A stretch of DNA of 64,000 bases from Candidatus Woesearchaeota archaeon. GTDB lineage: Archaea; Nanobdellota; Nanobdellia; SCGC-AAA011-G17; GW2011-AR18. The stretch spans positions 434 to 64,433 of the forward strand of contig JAGVZW010000033.1 of NCBI GenBank assembly GCA_018302235.1, given 5' to 3'. The notes beneath the pieces are model-generated. The model made no database searches, was not told the DNA's origin, and saw only the letters and a list, made by a program, of their open reading frames with translations. The stretch's first letter is position 1. Each line of letters starts with the position of its first letter. The position numbers were made by a program, and so were the translations under genes. This document shows, one piece after another, positions 51,489 through 61,060 of the stretch.

Positions 51489-52607
51489 ATGGAAAAGAAA
51501 TATTCCTCCCATCACGATACTAAAAAATATGCATGGGATTTTGCAAGAGAAAGATTTGGAAGTAAAGATGATGAAATTACTAAAGTAGAAACGTTAAGTT
51601 TATCTAGAAAAGATGAGAGTAAAAAAGATTCTGGTATTTTGAATGTTAAAACTAAAGATCAATTAAGTCAAGTGCATGAGAGTAATATTAAAGAAGAACC
51701 TCATATTTTAAAACCTTGGTATAAATTAATAGAACGGCTTACATATAGAAAAAAGAATAACGAGCTTACAAAAATTGATGAAAATTCTTTTAAAAGAATT
51801 GTAAAGATTGGATCAGTATTTATTGAAATCAATGACCGTACTGCTTATAACAGAGCTTTATATGAAAGAGGAAATAATTTTGGACTAGAAGAGCGTTTTT
51901 TGAAAAAACATTTTAAAGGTATTAGTTTTGCTGCTGCAACTACTGCTTTAACTATAGGAGTATTTACATTATATAATAGATTTAAATCTTCAATTGACGA
52001 TCATTTTCAAGTAAAAACCCCTATTAGCTATCAAATTAAAGAGCTTGAAGATGATTTAGAGGGAATCGTTGAAGATTATAAACCCAGAGAAATTGAAGTT
52101 GTTGAAACTAAACCAATTAAAGTTGTTGAAACTAAACCAATTAAAGTTGTTGAAACTAAACCAATTAAAGTTGTTGAAACTAAACCAATTAAAGTTGTTG
52201 AAACTAAACCCAGAGAAGAGATTAGAAAAAATGGGATGTATAGTGTTGATTTTTCAAGAACAAGTTTTAGAAATGGAAGAATAATAAGCACTACTGAATC
52301 TAATAAAATAATGCGGTTTTCAGAATATCATGGAACTCCTTATAAAGGGGAGGGCGATGAATTAAAATTGCGGATAAATAAAGATGGAACATCTTATCAA
52401 ATAAGATCTGAAACGAAAAAAGCTAGGAACTATTTTGTTATATGTTATGATACAAATGGTAATTTTATTGGGACTAAAAATGGAAATATTTCTAATGAGG
52501 ATGTAGTTCAAATACCTAAGGAAACAAGATATACTGATACTATGCTATTAAATGAAAAAGGAATAAGTATTGCATCACATATCAGTTACCAAAATATTGT
52601 TTTATAA
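51489..52607 (+). CDS. Hypothetical protein with a single TM segment and a VETKPIKV tandem-repeat region.
   Basis: 372 aa with a TM helix at GISFAAATTALTIGVFTLY. Four to five in-frame VVETKPIK repeats are encoded by a 24-nt tandem array. Confidence 0.45.
   Translation: MEKKYSSHHDTKKYAWDFARERFGSKDDEITKVETLSLSRKDESKKDSGILNVKTKDQLSQVHESNIKEEPHILKPWYKLIERLTYRKKNNELTKIDENSFKRIVKIGSVFIEINDRTAYNRALYERGNNFGLEERFLKKHFKGISFAAATTALTIGVFTLYNRFKSSIDDHFQVKTPISYQIKELEDDLEGIVEDYKPREIEVVETKPIKVVETKPIKVVETKPIKVVETKPIKVVETKPREEIRKNGMYSVDFSRTSFRNGRIISTTESNKIMRFSEYHGTPYKGEGDELKLRINKDGTSYQIRSETKKARNYFVICYDTNGNFIGTKNGNISNEDVVQIPKETRYTDTMLLNEKGISIASHISYQNIVL
52098..52211. repeat. 24-nt perfect tandem repeat (4.75 copies) flanked by aaacccagagaa.
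   Basis: Unit gttgttgaaactaaaccaattaaa, in frame within the 51489..52607 CDS. Confidence 0.85.
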
Positions 52608-52794
52608 TTCGTGTAAGAAGAAAATTTTCTAAAAAACATGTTAAATCTTATGAGCTTCTACAATTAAAATACTTCCTTCGAATTTTGATATAGTTATTTT
52701 TACTGAAAATTAATTATTAAGTTTAACTATTGTGTTTATAAATGAATATTTATTATTCACAAAATTTAAATATAAAAAATTTAGTAACTAAAGA

Positions 52795-53346
52795 ATGAAA
52801 AGATTAATACTGTTATTTATATTAATGTTAATGATAGCAAGTTGTAGTATTCAAAAAAATGATGGTTTTATAAAAATAAAAAATGTACTCTTAGAGGAAA
52901 AAAATAATACAACTAATATTATTGAAGAAAAAGAAACTAAACCAAAAGTAGTTACAACTGAAGATCTAAACAGTGAAGATGAAGAAGAGGATAATAATGA
53001 TGAAGATGATAACGAAGAAGAAGAAACTAAATTAACAACAGATAAAAACGAAATTACTGTAAAAACACCAGATGGAGATTTAAAAATTGTTATGAACAAT
53101 GCAAATGAATGGTGTATAGGAGGGTCAATCTGGGATTATACAGTACCCAGTTCAAAAGGAACAAGCTATGTAAAGGGAAAAGTAACTGGCATAATCACTG
53201 ATAACAATGAATTAAATGGTCTATGTGAGATATTCTATAGTATAAAGAATCCAGATGGAACTACATCAGAAATATACAATTATTTTAATAAAAGCAATGA
53301 TATCCTATATGCTAAAGATTTGAATGGAACACTTTATAAAAAATGA
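52795..53346 (+). CDS. Secreted lipoprotein-like protein with an acidic (D/E-rich) region, hypothetical.
   Basis: MKRLILLFILMLMIASCS is a lipobox-like signal. It has a poly-acidic stretch EDEEEDNNDEDDNEEEE and two Cys in the C-terminal domain. Confidence 0.4.
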   Translation: MKRLILLFILMLMIASCSIQKNDGFIKIKNVLLEEKNNTTNIIEEKETKPKVVTTEDLNSEDEEEDNNDEDDNEEEETKLTTDKNEITVKTPDGDLKIVMNNANEWCIGGSIWDYTVPSSKGTSYVKGKVTGIITDNNELNGLCEIFYSIKNPDGTTSEIYNYFNKSNDILYAKDLNGTLYKK

Positions 53347-53720
53347 TTAACCTTATTTTTTTCTTTTAAATTAGCAAAGGTTGCTCCCACATCAATTATA
53401 TATTTGCCTTCATCTAACATATAGACTATAGGCTCCTTTTTAAATAATTTAGCTATATCCAATTCAAATTTACCTGATTTTGTAATATTGATTGAAGCCA
53501 AATCTAACACTATAAGCTTATCATCTGAATTAATCCCTAATATATCCAATACATCTTTTTCTATATTCTCCTTTTCTTCTAAAGAAAGATTATGAATATT
53601 CTTTTCAGTTTTAGACTTGATAAAAAAAAAGAATTTTCCACCACAACCATTACATCCCTTAAGTATTTCATCTGAACCATCTTCAAATATTCTGTCGCAT
53701 TTTACACATTGATGTGGCAT
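53334..53720 (-). CDS. Zinc-ribbon protein conserved in archaea, hypothetical.
   Basis: N-terminal CVKC..x13..CNGCG Cys4 ribbon. Last gene of the GTPase operon. May correspond to the DUF2072-type Zn-ribbon family, recalled from memory and uncertain. Confidence 0.4.
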   Translation of the reverse strand: MPHQCVKCDRIFEDGSDEILKGCNGCGGKFFFFIKSKTEKNIHNLSLEEKENIEKDVLDILGINSDDKLIVLDLASINITKSGKFELDIAKLFKKEPIVYMLDEGKYIIDVGATFANLKEKNKVNHFL

Positions 53721-53722
53721 AT

Positions 53723-54118
53723 TTAATACTTCCTTTTTCTTCTATCTAATGTTAGAAGTTCAATTTTAAATGGATCTTTTTTTATTTCTTTAACTATTGT
53801 AGCTGGTCCAACAATAGTTAAACCATTTGATCTACCCAATAAAAAATTAGCAATTTTTAATCTGATCCTCTCAAATAATTCCTGATTTTGTTTAATGTTA
53901 TCAATACTGCATATCTCGATCCCCTTAAATTTTTTATCTATTTCCTCCATTGTTTTAGTTATTAATTCTGCCTCTTCATTAGGATCTAATTTTCCCTCTA
54001 TTAAAATTATCTTATCCTCTTTTACACTCCTTAAAATCTTTTTTAATTTTTCTTCTGTATTCAAATTTCCAAGTTCATGATATGGGATATATTGTAACGT
54101 TAACAATTTTTTGTTCAC
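53723..54118 (-). CDS. Conserved archaeal hypothetical protein, possibly DUF2073-like.
   Basis: 131 aa, overlaps the upstream GTPase stop by 4 nt and lies 3 nt upstream of the Zn-ribbon gene. Confidence 0.35.
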   Translation of the reverse strand: MNKKLLTLQYIPYHELGNLNTEEKLKKILRSVKEDKIILIEGKLDPNEEAELITKTMEEIDKKFKGIEICSIDNIKQNQELFERIRLKIANFLLGRSNGLTIVGPATIVKEIKKDPFKIELLTLDRRKRKY

Positions 54119-56136
54119 CTCTTTTTCACCATTTCAAATACCTTATCATAAAATTCCTCCATGTTTAAGCCCTTTTCAGCTGATATGCCTATAACAGAAT
54201 ATTGAGGAAATGCATCTTCTATTTTTTTTACATCAGATTTCTTTAAATCTGTTTTATTAGCTACAATTAAAACTGGAATATCCCTTGCAGCTAAATTACC
54301 TATAATTGTTATATTTACTTGATTATATGGATTTCTAGTTGAATCTAATACAATTAAAACACAATCCATATCATCCAACCATTTTATTGCATCTATAATC
54401 CCCTTTGTAGCCTCTTTCGCCCTTTCTTTTGCTTCATCTATCTTCATTTTAAATTTAAGAAAATCCTCATAATCAATCTTTGTAGCGATTCCTGGTGTAT
54501 CAACTAGATTAAAACTTAATTCCTTTCCCTTTGAATTAATAGTGATTTTTTCCTTCATATTTATTTCCCTTGTTTCATGTGGAATAGAAGATACTGTTCC
54601 CATATCTTCCCCTAACCAATCCTGACATATTCTATTTGCAATGCTAGTATTATGAGCGATCAGGCCATTAGAAATAATAAAGGTATGTGTATCTTCAATT
54701 GTTAAATCATAAATATAATCATTATATTCTTCTTGAGTTATTTCTTTAATTTCATCCCACAAGTTATCTGAATTAGTTAAAGTCTTTATAATTTTATTAT
54801 TTAATACTCTAGACATTTTCTCTAATCTATGATATGATATTCTATTATCTCTGTACATTCTAGCAATATGTTTATTATCTAAATAAAATTCTTCTTCTTT
54901 TAATTTCTCTTGTTTTCTTATATTTTCCAATAAACCCATAATAGGCAAATAAAACTTATTTCTTTTTAAACAACATTTGGATAGTTTATCTAATCTTTCA
55001 GCTTTATATTTTATTCTAAAACCAATTTTTTCTTTAAACAATCTGTGATTATCACTTCCAAATATAAATAAACTCCAGTAGGCTTGACCATTAATTAATT
55101 TTGATCTAAATCTCCCTACAATCCCAAATCTATTTAAAAGTAATTGAACTTGTTCTACCAAAATTTTACTTTTGGTACTATATTCAATCTGATTGCTAGA
55201 ATTTTTAGTTAATTTAGAAACATAACCCCCCATATCAAATAAAATTTGTAATAATTTTGCTGTTAAATTATCAGGTAAACCCATAAATTGTGAAGGAATT
55301 TGTTTATTACCTGAAAGAGATGGTTTGAAATTTAAACTTTTTTCTAAAAAATCAGTTAATGTTCTTGAATTTAATTCTCTTTCAGGCACACCATTATTTA
55401 TTCTTTTAATGGCTTCTAAATTGAATAATTTTTTTGTTAAATAATCAAAATGATTTAATGCGTATTCGTCTGAATTACTAAATTTAATCACGCTTTTTGT
55501 ATAATATGCTTCTGTAATTAGATAACCTATAAAACTAACTAAATCTTCATCTATGTAAGAAGGTATAATTATCTCTTTTTGATTATGAAATTTAGATATT
55601 ATTTGTATCATATTGCCATTAACGTTGAAACAATTTTCAGTAATTAATTTGGGTAACATAATGTTTGTTGCTAAGGATAACTTTTTTGCAATAGCAATAG
55701 ATTCATTAGCCTTTAAACCTCCAGTTCTTATATTCTCTACGCCATTATTTGAAAGCCTGATTAATGGATGTTCTGGTGTAACTCTTATTTGTCTACCCGC
55801 TTTAGTTAAAATATTATATATTTTTCCTTTATATTTTTGAGCATAAACAAAACTCACTCGTTTTGGAATTATTTTTAAGGTTTGTGTATTAAAACTTGGT
55901 ATGATTAAATTTTTAGATCTTACATCAATATATATTTCATTAAATGAATTATTATGGTTTACGCTATCAAATATTTCTTTTATTGTTTTAATTTCTCCAT
56001 TCATTAATACAATTTTAGTTTCTGGTGTAACACATTTTCCGCTGTTCGGTGGCCCATAAAGTCCTAATTTTATATTCTTCTTTTTATTAAAAATTGACCT
56101 TAAATTAAAAAAGAAAACCTTAAGCTTACGAATCAT
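54115..56136 (-). CDS. Small Ras/Era-like GTPase interrupted by an intein in the P-loop. The mature extein is about 211 aa.
   Basis: Extein motifs are GLYGPPNSGK|...|TSI (G1, split), DTPG (G3), NKTD (G4) and SAEK (G5). The intervening 462 aa begin with Cys and end with HN, followed by Thr. Confidence 0.65.
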   Translation of the reverse strand: MIRKLKVFFFNLRSIFNKKKNIKLGLYGPPNSGKCVTPETKIVLMNGEIKTIKEIFDSVNHNNSFNEIYIDVRSKNLIIPSFNTQTLKIIPKRVSFVYAQKYKGKIYNILTKAGRQIRVTPEHPLIRLSNNGVENIRTGGLKANESIAIAKKLSLATNIMLPKLITENCFNVNGNMIQIISKFHNQKEIIIPSYIDEDLVSFIGYLITEAYYTKSVIKFSNSDEYALNHFDYLTKKLFNLEAIKRINNGVPERELNSRTLTDFLEKSLNFKPSLSGNKQIPSQFMGLPDNLTAKLLQILFDMGGYVSKLTKNSSNQIEYSTKSKILVEQVQLLLNRFGIVGRFRSKLINGQAYWSLFIFGSDNHRLFKEKIGFRIKYKAERLDKLSKCCLKRNKFYLPIMGLLENIRKQEKLKEEEFYLDNKHIARMYRDNRISYHRLEKMSRVLNNKIIKTLTNSDNLWDEIKEITQEEYNDYIYDLTIEDTHTFIISNGLIAHNTSIANRICQDWLGEDMGTVSSIPHETREINMKEKITINSKGKELSFNLVDTPGIATKIDYEDFLKFKMKIDEAKERAKEATKGIIDAIKWLDDMDCVLIVLDSTRNPYNQVNITIIGNLAARDIPVLIVANKTDLKKSDVKKIEDAFPQYSVIGISAEKGLNMEEFYDKVFEMVKKR
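54649..56034 (-). other. Intein (about 462 aa) with a LAGLIDADG-type homing endonuclease domain, inserted after the P-loop Lys.
   Basis: Block A is CVTPETKIVLMNGE directly after GPPNSGK. The C-terminal block is THTFIISNGLIAHN, with Thr as the +1 residue. Internal LAGLIDADG-like motifs are LVSFIGYLITEAYY and LLQILFDMGGYVS. Confidence 0.6.
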
Positions 56137-56180
56137 AATATTAAAGATAGCAGATTGTTTAAAAATATTTTGGTTAAAAT

Positions 56181-56732
56181 TTATAGACCAACAAATAAAT
56201 TATATTTCTCGTTACCATCTAATTCTAAAAGTATTCTTTTCACAATAATCTTCTCTGGATCTGGAATAGATGTTACCCTCTGTTTTAGATCAAAAAAGCT
56301 TTCAAATCTCTTCTCCTTTCTAGCATCCAAAATCTCCAACATATGTTTCTTTCCAATACCAGGTAATAATTCTAAATAATGTCTTCTCATATTTATTGGA
56401 CCAGCCTGATTAAAAAAATCCAAGAATTTACTAGAATTTTTTTCTATTAAATCCTTTAATACAAATTCAAGTTCATTTCTCGCTGTCTGAGTCAACTTAG
56501 ACAAAGGAACCTTTCCAACTATATGATGGATTTGATCCCTTTTTCCATCCCCAATATAAACCTTTTGATACGGCTGCAAAAAAACATCTTCCTTTGGCAC
56601 TAATTCTAAAAGAACAAGATAAGTTTCACCTATAGCTTGAGCTATAGGATTTCTTTTGTGCAGTGGTTTGTTTTCGTAGGGGTATCCATGTTTTAAAAAA
56701 TCCAATATTACTGCATATTCTTCCTTGCCCAT
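56181..56732 (-). CDS. DUF655/COG1491-like nucleic-acid-binding protein (OB fold plus helix-hairpin-helix).
   Basis: C-terminal HhH-like LLPGIGKKHMLEILDAR. Conserved archaeal position next to rpoF and rpl21e. Confidence 0.4.
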   Translation of the reverse strand: MGKEEYAVILDFLKHGYPYENKPLHKRNPIAQAIGETYLVLLELVPKEDVFLQPYQKVYIGDGKRDQIHHIVGKVPLSKLTQTARNELEFVLKDLIEKNSSKFLDFFNQAGPINMRRHYLELLPGIGKKHMLEILDARKEKRFESFFDLKQRVTSIPDPEKIIVKRILLELDGNEKYNLFVGL

Positions 56733-56743
56733 TTTTTTCTCCC

Positions 56744-57085
56744 TTAAACATATTTTTTCACTACTTCTTCTATTTTACTCAAATCTTCTTGTTTTAATGT
56801 AATATTGTCCCCACTAAAAAGAGATTTTATGCTCTCCTGTGTAGTTGGCATTATATCTATTATCTTAATTAAATTCTTTTCCTTTATTCTAATTAAATTC
56901 AATTCACCTAATTCTTTCTTTAATTGTTCAGCATCCTTCTTTTTTATTTTTATATTCTCATTTAACTGATCCAATACCTTTACTGATCTAAAATTTAATT
57001 CTTTTTTTTGTTTTTTAAAACCCTCTAATCTTTCTTTTATATCAATTAGAGATAAAGGAACCTCCTTTAATATTTCAATATCCAT
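56744..57085 (-). CDS. rpoF: RNA polymerase subunit Rpo4/F (Rpb4 homolog).
   Basis: 113 aa helical protein (..IKIIDIMPTTQESIKSLF..LKQEDLSKIEEVV..) overlapping the rpl21e 3' end, which is the conserved archaeal L21e-RpoF synteny. Confidence 0.55.
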   Translation of the reverse strand: MDIEILKEVPLSLIDIKERLEGFKKQKKELNFRSVKVLDQLNENIKIKKKDAEQLKKELGELNLIRIKEKNLIKIIDIMPTTQESIKSLFSGDNITLKQEDLSKIEEVVKKYV

Positions 57086-57377
57086 TTTTTATCCTCCTTA
57101 AATGTATTGGATGCACAATCATAAGTTTTTTCAAATTACCATCAATTAGCTCAATTTCATAGCATTTGCCTCTTTTTTTTAATACTGTTCCAGATTTTCC
57201 ATGAAACCTTGGATGATACATTCCCTTTTGAATCCCTGGATCAGCTAAAAAATACACCATTTCTCCAGGATTTAATATTTTATAATATTCTATAATACTA
57301 ATCTTTCCCCTTTTTCTCTTTCCCTTTGATAATTTATATCGAGTATTCTTCCTTAAACCGCCAATCTTAGTTCCCAT
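57075..57377 (-). CDS. rpl21e: 50S ribosomal protein L21e.
   Basis: SKGKRKRGKISI...DPGIQKGMYHPRFHGKSGTV is an L21e signature (QKGMPH..YHGKTG). Confidence 0.8.
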   Translation of the reverse strand: MGTKIGGLRKNTRYKLSKGKRKRGKISIIEYYKILNPGEMVYFLADPGIQKGMYHPRFHGKSGTVLKKRGKCYEIELIDGNLKKLMIVHPIHLRRIKNGY

Positions 57378-57433
57378 TCACTTTTCTAAGCAAAATAGAA
57401 TATATAAATCTTTCTGCAGTCCAAAAAATAATT

Positions 57434-58117
57434 CTATAAAATCAACCAATCAAAATTTTCTTGACCATTATCTAAAGAATATAATATACCATCATCAACA
57501 TAATTTATATATAAATCAAAATTAGTTTCCTCTATTTTGTCATAAATACAAGTAATACAGTTTCTATTGCCATTTAAAGCATAATCTTCAACAATGAAAT
57601 CAGCTATATCAAACATTTTACTGATATTTGAGTTAAGAACAACATTAAAATACCTTAAATTATATGTTTTATCAGCCTTTGTAATATCTAATTTATAATC
57701 TAAAAGAACATTTACATTTTGATTAATCTCACTATTTACTTCAAATCCATTCTCTTGAATATTATACTCTGATAAATAATAAAAATCTTTAATACAATAA
57801 TTTAATCTATAATTAATATAATTGTTTAATTCTCTATTCAAAAAATTCTCTTCTATTAAGCTAACATTATTTTTATAATAATATGGTATCTCCTCTATAA
57901 AATAACCACCGTGATCACCCAAATAAACTAATCCCTCTTTAACTGTCTGTTCCAAACAATTTTTTACATATTCATCAACTGCTTGTATATCTTGAGGAAC
58001 AATATTAACATACTTACTCTCTAAAATATAAAATTTAACATAATAAACAATACCTAAAATAATTAAAATTACTAATCCTAGAATTACAAATATAGTTACT
58101 TGTCCCCTTTTTAACAT
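57434..58117 (-). CDS. Hypothetical N-terminally anchored protein.
   Basis: 227 aa with one N-terminal TM helix. Asn/Tyr-rich. Confidence 0.3.
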   Translation of the reverse strand: MLKRGQVTIFVILGLVILIILGIVYYVKFYILESKYVNIVPQDIQAVDEYVKNCLEQTVKEGLVYLGDHGGYFIEEIPYYYKNNVSLIEENFLNRELNNYINYRLNYCIKDFYYLSEYNIQENGFEVNSEINQNVNVLLDYKLDITKADKTYNLRYFNVVLNSNISKMFDIADFIVEDYALNGNRNCITCIYDKIEETNFDLYINYVDDGILYSLDNGQENFDWLIL

Positions 58118-58281
58118 GATATAAAAAATATGTAAGAATTAATAAATTTAATTCTCATATAAAAAAACATATTTTTATTCAATAAACAATTCTGAATAAT
58201 TACTAATTCTGAGAAAATAAAACATACTTAATTACTATTAAATGACAAAAGTTTTAAATAGTTTTTTATTAGATTAAGAGA

Positions 58282-58881
58282 ATGGAAAAACGCACTGACT
58301 ATTTTGAAACAAAAAATAGGGAGTTTTATTATGAATTTAAACAAACAGAAGATAAGAAAAAACGCGAAGAATGGGTATTATTTAACAAACATCTTGTTTA
58401 TTCTATAGCAAAAAAATTTACTAATTTTAGTATATATGATGATATTATTCAAGAGGGGTATATTGGCTTAATCCATGCTGTAGATAGATATAACCCGAAT
58501 TTAGGGAATTTTAGCAGTTTCGCATACTCTGCTATAATGAGAGAAATAATTAGATATATAAGAAAAAATAGATCAATAGTACATCCCCCTATAAATAATC
58601 AGCTAAGTGTATCAAAAGACGTAGCTATTGATGATATTATAGACCTAGAAGCAGAAACAAATCCAGAAACAGTACTACAAAAAAAAGAATTGGTTGAAGA
58701 TGTTCAAAAAACATTAAAATTAACAAGTTTAAGTGATATCTTAATTAGAATAATGTATGATGAAAATACATCAATAATAGCCAGAGCATATAAAGTATCT
58801 AGAAGAGAAATGCACCAATTAGAAACTAGGGCAGTTAAAACATTTAAAAAAAGATTCGAAACACCTGAAGCCTATATTTAA
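58282..58881 (+). CDS. Sigma-70-family-like protein (regions 2 and 4) encoded in an archaeal context.
   Basis: DIIQEGYIGLIHAVDRYNPNLGNFSSFAYSAIMREIIRYIRKNRSIVHPP aligns with sigma-70 regions 2.1 to 2.4 (DLIQEGNIGLMKAVDKF..G.KFSTYA.WWIRQAI.R.I...RTIRIP). IARAYKVSRREMHQLETRAVKTFKK resembles the region 4.2 HTH (VTRERIRQIEAKALRKLR). Confidence 0.55.
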   Translation: MEKRTDYFETKNREFYYEFKQTEDKKKREEWVLFNKHLVYSIAKKFTNFSIYDDIIQEGYIGLIHAVDRYNPNLGNFSSFAYSAIMREIIRYIRKNRSIVHPPINNQLSVSKDVAIDDIIDLEAETNPETVLQKKELVEDVQKTLKLTSLSDILIRIMYDENTSIIARAYKVSRREMHQLETRAVKTFKKRFETPEAYI

Positions 58882-58906
58882 TTTTTATTCTTCAAACCAC
58901 ACCTTA

Positions 58907-61060
58907 TTAACACTGCTCAAATACCTTTTGTTTATCTTCTTCCGTAATAAATTTATATTTTACTAAAAAATCAAATGAAGCAATATAAACACCTGTATAC
59001 GGACTATATTCACATATATGTTGCTTAAATTCCATTGGCCTATTTCTAATTTTAGTTGTCATATCAGAAATATCCTCATCCCAATCAGTAGCCCCATAAG
59101 GAGTAGCATAACCATAAGCAACCTCAAAAAGTGATTCATCACTCCACCCTAAACCATCAGACAATTTTTTATTAGGATAAGCATCATTTCCCTTATGAAT
59201 ATCATACCATTCTTGTTTAAAAAGGTTTTTTTCTCCTTTTTTATATCTACTAGAATATTTTTCAATCAATGGATGTGATAGTTCATGAACTAAAAATTCA
59301 TCATCTGAAAATTTATCACTTGTTACTTCTACGACATTATTTCCTATGCACCCAACAGTAGATTCATCTGATTGATGACATGCCTTTAAAAGATCATTTT
59401 TATTATTGTAAAGAACAATTTCCTTTAAACCAACCCTCATTTCAGGAGTAGAAGAATCTAATACATCCCCTAAATAAGATAATTGATCTTTACTGTAATC
59501 TCCATTTAATTTTATATTATATTTTTTTTCTAATAATCTTTTAGAAGATTTATCAACAAAAAATTTAGGTTTAGAGATTAGATCTTCAACTAGGTTAAAA
59601 CTACCATCCTCTTCAAAATTAACAAACCCAATTCCTATATCAAACTCAAAAGGAACAGCTTTAATATTTGATTTATCATTAACGAACCGTATATCTCGAT
59701 TTGTATACGTATCAAAAATATTTGGACCGTTCTGCATTCTAAATAGTTTTGTTTTTCCACCCAATTTTGAATATAATCTAACCACTGGGTTAGGATCATA
59801 ATCTTCCATCTTTAAAGAGTAACTTTCTTTATCATCAAAATCAAATTTAACATCACCTTTAAAGAAAGAATCCTTTGTAAAATCAAGATTAAAATCACCT
59901 TTGTCCTTCGCAATATTTGTATAAACCCCCACTTCTCCAAGAGAAATATAACTAGTATCTACCCCATGTTTATTACCATCAAAAAATAATTTTGTTTCTT
60001 GTTCACTGTATACATGAATACCATTAATTACACTATCTTTTGTATAAAAAGTATTACCTTTAATCAGAATTTCACCCTTATTTAATGTATTAAACTGGTT
60101 AATCTTGACATTTTCTCCAGTAATCTTCATATCAGGTCCATTTTCAGACATAGGCAATTCTTTAAATTCAGAATCCTTTGGAGCATTTAAAGTTATTATT
60201 CCATCCTTAAATTTAACATTAGAACCTGGCGGAGCATAAAATTTAGTTCCTTTTATATTATAATCACCACCTTGATCACCAATCTTAAAATCAGCCTCAA
60301 CTAAATCACCCTTAGCATCTAAAGTAAATGTACTTTTACCGTTTTCTGTAGGAATAATATTCTTAAATTCATTATCTCCTATCTTTAAGTCCCCTTCTTT
60401 TTCTATATTAATAACATTTAAATCATTTAAAGAGCTTGAACTAACTCCATTTGGATCACCAGAAAAAGAAAGATAATCATTAGTCTCATATCCTAAAGAT
60501 TCTCCAAAATTAAGCCCAGCAGCAGAAATTAAAAAGGAAAATAAAATAAAAAATATAAACACATTTTTTCTTAAATTCCTTAAAATAAGAATTAAAATTA
60601 TTATTAAACTAAAAATTAAAATATACAATAAATATTTCTTTTCTTCAGAAACTGGTTCTTCAATTATTTTTTCTTCTTCCTTAAAATAATCCACTAAATT
60701 AATCTCTAAAATCATATCTAAAGAGTCATTATAAACAAAAATATCCAGAATATTTTTATCATATTTAACACTTAAAATACCACTATAATAATCCCTCAAA
60801 AAAGTCTCGTCAGTTCCATTTTCATAATAAAACCTAATTTCTCTATCAAATTCAAAAGAATCCATTTCAACAATATTATTACTTAAATCAAATACTTGAT
60901 AGACATAATTTCCTTCATTATCTATTACATCATAATAATTCAACCCTATAATCTCGTAATCATAAACACCATTATCATAACTAATATTTATATCTAAATA
61001 TTCTCCAGCGTTAACACATATAATACTAATTATAAAAATAAATATTACCTCTTTAAACAT
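58907..61060 (-). CDS. Large secreted/membrane protein with a C-terminal HExxH zincin-like region.
   Basis: Signal peptide MFKEVIFIFIISIICVNAG. A mid-protein hydrophobic stretch. The C-terminal part has FLVHELSHPLIEKYS (HExxH) and downstream E/D residues. Confidence 0.4.
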   Translation of the reverse strand: MFKEVIFIFIISIICVNAGEYLDINISYDNGVYDYEIIGLNYYDVIDNEGNYVYQVFDLSNNIVEMDSFEFDREIRFYYENGTDETFLRDYYSGILSVKYDKNILDIFVYNDSLDMILEINLVDYFKEEEKIIEEPVSEEKKYLLYILIFSLIIILILILRNLRKNVFIFFILFSFLISAAGLNFGESLGYETNDYLSFSGDPNGVSSSSLNDLNVINIEKEGDLKIGDNEFKNIIPTENGKSTFTLDAKGDLVEADFKIGDQGGDYNIKGTKFYAPPGSNVKFKDGIITLNAPKDSEFKELPMSENGPDMKITGENVKINQFNTLNKGEILIKGNTFYTKDSVINGIHVYSEQETKLFFDGNKHGVDTSYISLGEVGVYTNIAKDKGDFNLDFTKDSFFKGDVKFDFDDKESYSLKMEDYDPNPVVRLYSKLGGKTKLFRMQNGPNIFDTYTNRDIRFVNDKSNIKAVPFEFDIGIGFVNFEEDGSFNLVEDLISKPKFFVDKSSKRLLEKKYNIKLNGDYSKDQLSYLGDVLDSSTPEMRVGLKEIVLYNNKNDLLKACHQSDESTVGCIGNNVVEVTSDKFSDDEFLVHELSHPLIEKYSSRYKKGEKNLFKQEWYDIHKGNDAYPNKKLSDGLGWSDESLFEVAYGYATPYGATDWDEDISDMTTKIRNRPMEFKQHICEYSPYTGVYIASFDFLVKYKFITEEDKQKVFEQC

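Noticed and set aside
48558-52211. Possible CRISPR arrays at the two tandem-repeat loci.
   Set aside because: The repeats are directly adjacent with no spacers, they sit in frame inside protein-coding sequence, and no cas genes are nearby.
52069-52291. Two 71-aa ORFs on opposite strands across the 24-nt tandem repeat.
   Set aside because: They arise only because the perfect repeat keeps every frame open. The long in-frame CDS 51489..52607 explains the region.
58282-58881. The sigma-70-like gene might mean the whole window is bacterial rather than archaeal.
   Set aside because: The window encodes a complete archaeal-type RNAP (A'/A''/split B/H/F), TFE, L30e/L15e/L21e, fibrillarin and intron-containing tRNAs. 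The sigma-like gene is therefore the outlier, not the context.
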